Shown: positions 57,851 through 64,000 of the stretch, one piece after another
Layout: every line of letters starts with the position of its first letter
How positions within the stretch are numbered: the first letter of the stretch is position 1
Made by a program: the position numbers and the translations under genes
Assembly (NCBI GenBank): GCA_963826525.1
Contig: CAWGXH010000005.1
Span: forward strand, 32,001 to 96,000
DNA from: an uncultured Methanomicrobiaceae archaeon
Lineage (GTDB): Archaea > Halobacteriota > Methanomicrobia > Methanomicrobiales > Methanoculleaceae
Reading direction: 5' to 3'
DNA: 64,000 bases
Notes under the pieces: generated by a model
Database searches by the model: none
What the model was told of the DNA's origin: nothing
The model's input: the letters and a program-made list of their open reading frames with translations, nothing else

Positions 57851-58591
57851 ATGGTCGGCAATGGAGCGCTTATTCACCTCGACAATATCTACACCGCCTA
57901 CGAGGGTGCCGCCTTCCCGGTCATCAGGGGGGTAACACTCTCCATCGCGCCCGGTGAGTACGCCATCGTCGGCGGGCCGAACGGTGCCGGCAAGACGACG
58001 CTGCTCGAATCTATGAACGGTCTGCTCCGGCTCACGCACGGGAGTGCCACGGTCTGCGGGCTCGATGTCCGGCGGCAGGGATACGAGGTGCGAAAGCGCG
58101 TAGGATATGTTGTACAGAGTTTCTTCTTCGACCCCTTAACCCCGTTCACCACCGAGCAGGTCGTCATGATGGGGAGGTACGGGCTGCTCGGCTTCCTCAA
58201 GCGCCCCGGGGAGGCGGACTATGCGGCTGTTGATAGCGTGATCCGGCTTCTCGGTCTCGAAGATCTGAGAGACCGGCCGATCGGAACGCTCTCGGGTGGT
58301 CAGCAGCAGAAAGCCCTCATTGCGCAGAACCTTGCCAAGGAGCCGGAAATTCTCCTGCTCGACGAACCCTTCAGCAACCTCGACCTCTGTACCCGGGAGT
58401 TCGTGAGCGGGGTCTTGAAAGACCTGACGAAGCGGGGAATTGCGGTCGTCATGGTCTCGCACGCATTCGACGGTCTGCCCGACGGCGACATCCGTATCAT
58501 CGTCATGCGCGACGGAACGCTCTCACTCGATGAAACGTGCAGCCCCGACGAGGTCGAATCACGGGTGCGGACAGCCTCTGCGGTGCAATAA
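57851..58591 (+). CDS. Metal ABC transporter ATP-binding protein
   Basis: GPNGAGKTT, LSGGQQQK, LLLDEP, VSH. Confidence 0.93.
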   Translation: MVGNGALIHLDNIYTAYEGAAFPVIRGVTLSIAPGEYAIVGGPNGAGKTTLLESMNGLLRLTHGSATVCGLDVRRQGYEVRKRVGYVVQSFFFDPLTPFTTEQVVMMGRYGLLGFLKRPGEADYAAVDSVIRLLGLEDLRDRPIGTLSGGQQQKALIAQNLAKEPEILLLDEPFSNLDLCTREFVSGVLKDLTKRGIAVVMVSHAFDGLPDGDIRIIVMRDGTLSLDETCSPDEVESRVRTASAVQ

Positions 58592-59421
58592 TGCTTGAAT
58601 TTCTTATTCCGAACAACATCGTCTGCCACGCAGTCGAGGCCATGCTCTTTGCCTCGATCGCCTGCGCCATTCTCGGCGTCATCATCACGCAGATCAACAT
58701 CTCGTCGATAGGCTTCACCATGGCGCATGCCGCCTTCGCAGGAGCGGCCGTCGGTCTCTTCTTCGGGATGAACGGAACTATCACCTCGATCATCTTTGCC
58801 CTTGCAATCGCCGTTCTGCTCGGGCCGCTCTCGGACAAGGCAAAGATCTCAACGGACACGACACTCGGCGTCCTCTTCGGGATGTCGATGGCGGTTGCGA
58901 TCTTCTTTATATCCTATATGCAGTACCTCGGGCAGGGGTTCAATGCGAGCAGCCTGCTCTTCGGCGACGTCATCTCCCTGTACCGTGAAGAGATCTACAG
59001 CCTTGCCCTGATATCCGCGGTGGCGATCCTCTTTGTAGTGCTCTTTTACAAGGAGATCACCGCCATCATCTTCCACAAAAAGATCGCAGAAGCCTCCGGG
59101 ATCAGGGTGACGCCGATCTATTACGGCATGCTCTTCATCATTGCACTGACGACGGCGCTGGCTCTGAACATCATCGGCGGTCTGCTGCTCTATGTCTGGC
59201 TGGTGACGCCTGCAGCGATCGTCTATCAGTTCTGCTACAACGTCAGAACCATGTTCATTCTGGCACCCATCACCGCTGCAGCCATCAGCGTCTCCGGAGC
59301 GCTATCGGGGCTTGAGTATTCTCTCCCGGTAGGCCCGCTCACTGCGGTCATCTTCACGGGTGCATTCCTGCTGGCAGTGTTACTGTCGCCGAAAAGGCGA
59401 GTAACACATAGCAAAGTTTAA
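58591..59421 (+). CDS. Metal ABC transporter permease (ZnuB/MntB-like)
   Basis: MAHAAFAG, LLFGDV, IIGGLL...TPAA; TAATG coupling to the ATPase. Confidence 0.92.
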   Translation: MLEFLIPNNIVCHAVEAMLFASIACAILGVIITQINISSIGFTMAHAAFAGAAVGLFFGMNGTITSIIFALAIAVLLGPLSDKAKISTDTTLGVLFGMSMAVAIFFISYMQYLGQGFNASSLLFGDVISLYREEIYSLALISAVAILFVVLFYKEITAIIFHKKIAEASGIRVTPIYYGMLFIIALTTALALNIIGGLLLYVWLVTPAAIVYQFCYNVRTMFILAPITAAAISVSGALSGLEYSLPVGPLTAVIFTGAFLLAVLLSPKRRVTHSKV

Positions 59422-59447
59422 CTTTTTCTTCATACTATTTTTCATTC

Positions 59448-60411
59448 ATGCACAGAACATTCCTTTTTGCCGCAACCATCGCTCTGCTCCTGGCGGTTCC
59501 GGTTTCTGCGGAGCTCACCGTGGTTTCCACCACGGCTGTCCTCGCCGAGCCGCTCCAGTACATCGGCGGAGAGAAGGTCGAAGCGATATACATTGCAGAC
59601 CCGACGCTCTGCCCGCACATGCAGCAGGACGTGATCAACAACCGTATCCAGCTCAATCGAGATTTTATCAGGGATGCCGATCTCTACGTCGCTCATAATG
59701 CATCGGTGGATCAGACCTACGTCATGCCGTTCGTTGATGATTTCACGGCCGCGAATGGGTATGGGCAGGTTCGGTGGACAACGCCGGGCGATCCGGGCCT
59801 GACATGGAACACGCCCGAGACTGCGAAGAACCTGGCCGGGATAGTGCAAGACTGGCTTGTCGCCGCCGACCCCGATAACCGGACGTACTATGAGGACCGG
59901 TATGCATCGTATGTGGCGCAGATCGAGGCGGCTGATCTTACGGGTGACGAACGTCGGATCACCGCGGGACAGGATGTTATCGTGATCGTCTGGCAGAAGG
60001 ATGCGGCCGAGAACTGGCTCGGGCTCAACGTCGTCAACATGTATGCGCCGGAACAGTATCAGGGCGGAAAAGTACACTGCGGCGAAGCTGGTCGACGATA
60101 TCAACGCCAATCCCGAAAAGTATGCGAACGTGACCTACATTATCGAGAATATGCAGTCCGGCGAGCTCGCCAAGGGTGTCGAGGAGGCTCTGAACGATCA
60201 GGGAATCCCAGCGCAGCGTGTCGTCTTCACGAACTTCCCGAAGTCCGTCCCGGGCGTCGAAACGATCCCGGACGTCATCGCATACAATAAAGGGCTTGTC
60301 ATGACGCAGACAACACCCACCACCACTCCGGCACCAGAGGCTCCTGTCGGCATCCTTGCGGCTCTCGGGGCGGTTGCGATCGGCCTCCTCCTCATCTCCC
60401 GGAGAGACTGA
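59448..60411 (+). CDS. Metal ABC substrate-binding protein (TroA/ZnuA fold) with C-terminal anchor; frameshift ~60070
   Basis: Signal peptide, VVSTT...YIGGEKV, CPH, DADLYV, DPDNRTYY; Thr/Pro linker, TM and RRD tail. Confidence 0.85.
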
Positions 60412-60813
60412 TCTCCTTTTTCTTTTGGCTCCGGAAAATCGCTCTACTGACCGGATGCCTGCTGCTCTTTTCAGGACTATTTACCCCTCGGTATTCTGCC
60501 CACGTTCGTTGCGGCATTTTCGGTGAGGAGATCGCGATGCCCCTCGTATGCGTCATGGCGGAAAGGGGCTAAGGGGTACCATAACCTGTCAATAATCCAC
60601 ATGGTTTTCCTAAAAAGCCTTCTTGCAGGTGTTCCCGACCGGGGCGGTCAGGCTGCACAACCGTTAAGTACCCGGCCCGCCCCCCATGGGGTGCAGCCGG
60701 GACGGTCCCCGCATGGCGTTACGGGAGACAGGTATTGCCGGTACCATACGGATCGACGTATCGGTGCCTCTCTCCTGCAGATGACCGGGGCCTGGCGTGG
60801 AGGAAGCGTGAGC

Positions 60814-62358
60814 ATGACGGATTCTGAAAACGAGGCATGGGAGATCCCCGGCAGGGCAGAATCGTTCTGGATAGCCACCACCCCGGATACCGACTACCCG
60901 CCCCTGTCCGGAGACCACACCGTCGACGTTGCGATCGTCGGGGGCGGTATTGCTGGGATCACGACCGCACTCCTCCTCAAGGAGGCCGGCCGGTCGGTCG
61001 CCGTCATCGAGGCGGATAGGGTCGTTCGGGGTGCGACGGGCTACACGACGGCGAAGATCACTTCTCTGCATCGGCTCATCTACCGCTACCTCATCGATCA
61101 CTTCGGGGAGGAGAAGGCACGGCTGTACGGGGAGGCAAACCAGGCCGCTATCGAGACGATCGATGCATTTGTCCGGAAGTACGGCATCTCCTGCGATTTT
61201 GCGCGAAAGCCTGCATACACGTTTGCCCGGTTCGAACAATCGCTCGACGGCGTGTACGGCGAGGCCATCGCGGCGGAAAGCCTCGGGCTGCCGGCAACCT
61301 TCGTCGACGATCTGCCGCTGCCCGTCGAATCTCCGGGTGCCGTCAGGTTCGACAACCAGGCGGAGTTCCACCCGCGAAAGTACCTGCTTGGGCTTGCCGG
61401 GCAGATCGACGGGGGCGGAAGTTCCATCTTCGAGCAGACCCGGGTCATCGACGTGAAAGAGGGCGAACCCTGCATCGTCGTCACGGACCGGGGATCCGTG
61501 ACTGCGGACGACGTCGTCATTGCCACGCACTTTCCCATCCTCGGTGGGCTTGGCGCGTACTTCGCCAGGATGCGGCAGGAACGCTCATACATTCTCGGCC
61601 TTCGGATCGACGAACCGTTCCCGGACGGTATGTTCATCAGCGCGGAAGGCTTCGTGACCTCGCTGCGTTCGCAGCCGGCACCCGGCGGCGACCTGATCCT
61701 CGTCGGGGGCGGCAACCATGCCACCGGTGCGGTCGGGAACACCTGGGCACGCTACCGGATGCTCGAAGGCTACGCACGGACGATCTTCACCGTCCGGTCG
61801 ATCGAGTACCGCTGGTCGACGCAGGACACCATGCCGGTCGACCGGGTTCCCTACATCGGCCTTCTCGCGGAAGGGCACAGGCACCTCTATGTGGCGACGG
61901 GGTTTGGGAAGTGGGGGATGACGAACGGCACGGCGGCGGGAATGATCCTCACCGATATGATCCTCGGGAGCCCGAGCCCCTGGGAAGCGGTCTATGATCC
62001 CGCACGGTTCGGAAAGCAGCCAAAACCGAAGGAAGGGATCCGCGAGCGGCTCGGGGCCGCGGGCGGGGCGATCGAGATCCCGGGGGAGATGCTGGATGCT
62101 GCGCTCTCGCGGCTCGAGAACGATTCCGGAACGATACTTACCCACGACGACCGGAGCGTGGCGATCTATCGGGATACGGGCGGCAACGTCCATACGCTGG
62201 ACCCGACCTGCATGCACATGGCCTGCCGGGTCTCCTGGAACGATGCCGAACGGTCGTGGGACTGCCCCTGCCACGGGTCCCGCTACGACGCCTTCGGCAG
62301 GGTGATCGAGAGTCCGACGGTGACTGATCTGAAAGGAAAAAAGATCCGGAGGATATGA
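60814..62358 (+). CDS. FAD-dependent oxidoreductase with C-terminal Rieske [2Fe-2S] domain (YhfW-like)
   Basis: GGGIAG, ATGYTTAK, TGFGKWGMT, CMHMAC...CPCHGS. Confidence 0.93.
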   Translation: MTDSENEAWEIPGRAESFWIATTPDTDYPPLSGDHTVDVAIVGGGIAGITTALLLKEAGRSVAVIEADRVVRGATGYTTAKITSLHRLIYRYLIDHFGEEKARLYGEANQAAIETIDAFVRKYGISCDFARKPAYTFARFEQSLDGVYGEAIAAESLGLPATFVDDLPLPVESPGAVRFDNQAEFHPRKYLLGLAGQIDGGGSSIFEQTRVIDVKEGEPCIVVTDRGSVTADDVVIATHFPILGGLGAYFARMRQERSYILGLRIDEPFPDGMFISAEGFVTSLRSQPAPGGDLILVGGGNHATGAVGNTWARYRMLEGYARTIFTVRSIEYRWSTQDTMPVDRVPYIGLLAEGHRHLYVATGFGKWGMTNGTAAGMILTDMILGSPSPWEAVYDPARFGKQPKPKEGIRERLGAAGGAIEIPGEMLDAALSRLENDSGTILTHDDRSVAIYRDTGGNVHTLDPTCMHMACRVSWNDAERSWDCPCHGSRYDAFGRVIESPTVTDLKGKKIRRI

Positions 62359-62563
62359 CGATGCCGATCACATTCCCGGAAGGGCTGAGCCGTTCGGATA
62401 ACGACAAAGCCCGGCATCTCCCCTCCGGGTGCATCGTTCTTCCGGAGCGAAGTGGAGATTCCTCCCTGCGGTGCCTCGATGCATCTTGTTTCCGCCGGAA
62501 AATTACACAAAAGCGCGGCATATAGGAAGATATTTATCCCTCGCCCCTCACATTGCCATGATC

Positions 62564-62831
62564 ATGTACCTCGTGACACGCTGTCCGGGATGCCAGGCAT
62601 TCACCTACATGGATAAGTTTCAGCGCTTTAAACTCTGCCATATCTGCGGCGAGGTGATAGATAGCAACCGTGCTCCTGGGTATCTGGACGTCAGCGATCA
62701 CCAGGATGCCGAGCAGGTCGTACGCCAGCTGGAGGCGTTTCTCCGGAAGGCGGGAAAAGCTGCAGTTCTCAAAAGACGAAATAGATAAAATACGGGCTCA
62801 ATACGCCGAGTGGGTCAAGAACCGGCTCTAA
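62564..62831 (+). CDS. Small zinc-ribbon protein (DUF1922-like), frameshift ~62758
   Basis: RCPGC...LCHICG; removing one A restores GKLQFSKDEIDKIRAQYAEWVKNRL*. Confidence 0.75.
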
Positions 62832-62981
62832 TCACCAGCGTCGTCCACACCCCGGGCAGAGCATACTGACTCTTCTGCCGCAATGGGGACAGTACAGGCC
62901 GATGCGCTCGTTCGAGGTCAGCGGCCTTCCGCACTTTTTGCAGTGTATCGGAGACTTCGAAACCGCACTCGTGCCTGGCCA

Positions 62982-63752
62982 TTAATCCATGTATGTGTAG
63001 TCCCTTACAATAAGGTTTCCTTTTCCTCGATTGGCGATATCACCGGTAAACGATGTAAATGGTACTCCCTCGAGGCTGATCGTCCCGATCTTTCTGAAGG
63101 TGGGCAGCATCCCGGAGGCGGTACCGTGCACCACACATGTGCCTCCCGCCATGTTCCCGCACGGACGCCGGCAGCTCCCCTCGATGACGAGCGAGCCGTC
63201 GTGCATCTCGACACCGGCCATATCTCCCGCATCGCCGTGGACGATGACCGTTCCGCCTGCGAGGTTCTCCGCGAGGAAATCGCCGGCACTGCCGAAAACC
63301 TCCACCTTCCCGCCGGTCATCCCTTTCCGCCCGCCGCGATACCCCGCTGCACAGTAGTCTCTGGCGTTGCCGCGGCAGATGACGGTGCCGCCCCGCATCT
63401 CCCTGCCGAGCCAGCCGTCAGCGTCTCCGCCGATCTCGATTGTGCCGCCGCTCATGAAGTTGCCGCAGTGCATGCCGACATCGCCTTCGATGACGATCCG
63501 CCCGGCGTCCATATACTCGCCGATCCTTTTCACCCGGGAGGTGTCGCCGGAGATGAAGATCTCGACCTCGCTGGTGCTCTCCGCCGTTCCCTCGATAGTA
63601 ACGGTAAAGACCTCGTCGAGCGGGAGTTCCTTATTCCCTCGCCAGACGGATACGGCCTCGCCGTCAAGGAAACGCTTCGGCACGATGCTCTCCGCCTCGA
63701 TGGGGAGGAAGGGTTTCCTGCGCGGTTTCACCGCGAGCGTCACGCGCATCAT
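62982..63752 (-). CDS. fwdC: Formylmethanofuran dehydrogenase subunit C
   Basis: PIEAESIVP, Gly-rich beta-helix repeats (GEYMDAG, GNFMSGG, GREMRGG), YRGGRKGMTGG; W versus Mo isoform not distinguishable here. Confidence 0.95.
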   Translation of the reverse strand: MMRVTLAVKPRRKPFLPIEAESIVPKRFLDGEAVSVWRGNKELPLDEVFTVTIEGTAESTSEVEIFISGDTSRVKRIGEYMDAGRIVIEGDVGMHCGNFMSGGTIEIGGDADGWLGREMRGGTVICRGNARDYCAAGYRGGRKGMTGGKVEVFGSAGDFLAENLAGGTVIVHGDAGDMAGVEMHDGSLVIEGSCRRPCGNMAGGTCVVHGTASGMLPTFRKIGTISLEGVPFTSFTGDIANRGKGNLIVRDYTYMD

Positions 63753-64000
63753 AACTCCGCCTCCGTCTCGATGCAGAGATTTCGCTTCAGGTACTCGTCC
63801 TGGACAGGGTAGTTCCTCATCCGGACGGTGTAGTAGCGGTCGAACTTTTTGATAAAGTCGGGATCGGAGCCCATGTCGTACTCCGGCGAGACCTTCGGCT
63901 TCACCCAGATCGTGGTGTTGGTCCCGTCGACGAGGCACTCACCGTCCCGGCAGACGACTCGTCCGCGCTTGATCGTATACTCCGTCTTGCCGAATGCATC
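63749..64000 (-). CDS. fwdA: Formylmethanofuran dehydrogenase subunit A, C-terminal part (truncated by window)
   Basis: AFGKTEYTIKRGRVVCRDGE...FDRYYTVRMRNYPVQDEYL; ATGA overlap with fwdC. Confidence 0.9.
   Translation of the reverse strand, partial: DAFGKTEYTIKRGRVVCRDGECLVDGTNTTIWVKPKVSPEYDMGSDPDFIKKFDRYYTVRMRNYPVQDEYLKRNLCIETEAEL

Noticed and set aside
47637-63938. Long N-terminal extensions on MFS, cofE, MBL hydrolase, Rieske oxidoreductase and fwdC in the ORF track
   Set aside because: Upstream in-frame starts overlap neighbouring genes or promoters; downstream ATGs fit family lengths

Overview
Archaeal DNA, GC-rich by eye, most consistent with a Methanomicrobiales methanogen (Methanoculleus-like): fwdA/fwdC, cofE, fmdE, psmB-aCPSF1, Sec61beta and PAS-rich kinases. 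Left half (~1-36 kb): accessory genes, including a TetR/redox operon, a radical SAM enzyme, three PAS histidine kinases, ClC, AEC, ABC, K+ and RND transporters, and decayed pseudogenes. Centre (36-46 kb): five co-oriented secreted fasciclin (FAS1) genes packed with Asn-X-Thr, Met-rich tandem repeats, showing DNA mosaicism, with a tnpB-only IS200/IS605 element inserted among them. Right part (46-64 kb): mostly housekeeping. Many genes are split by single-base indels, probably sequencing or assembly errors, so I reconstructed them across frames by eye and breakpoints are approximate. No rRNA, tRNA or CRISPR array was recognised. All domain calls come from motif recognition, not database searches.
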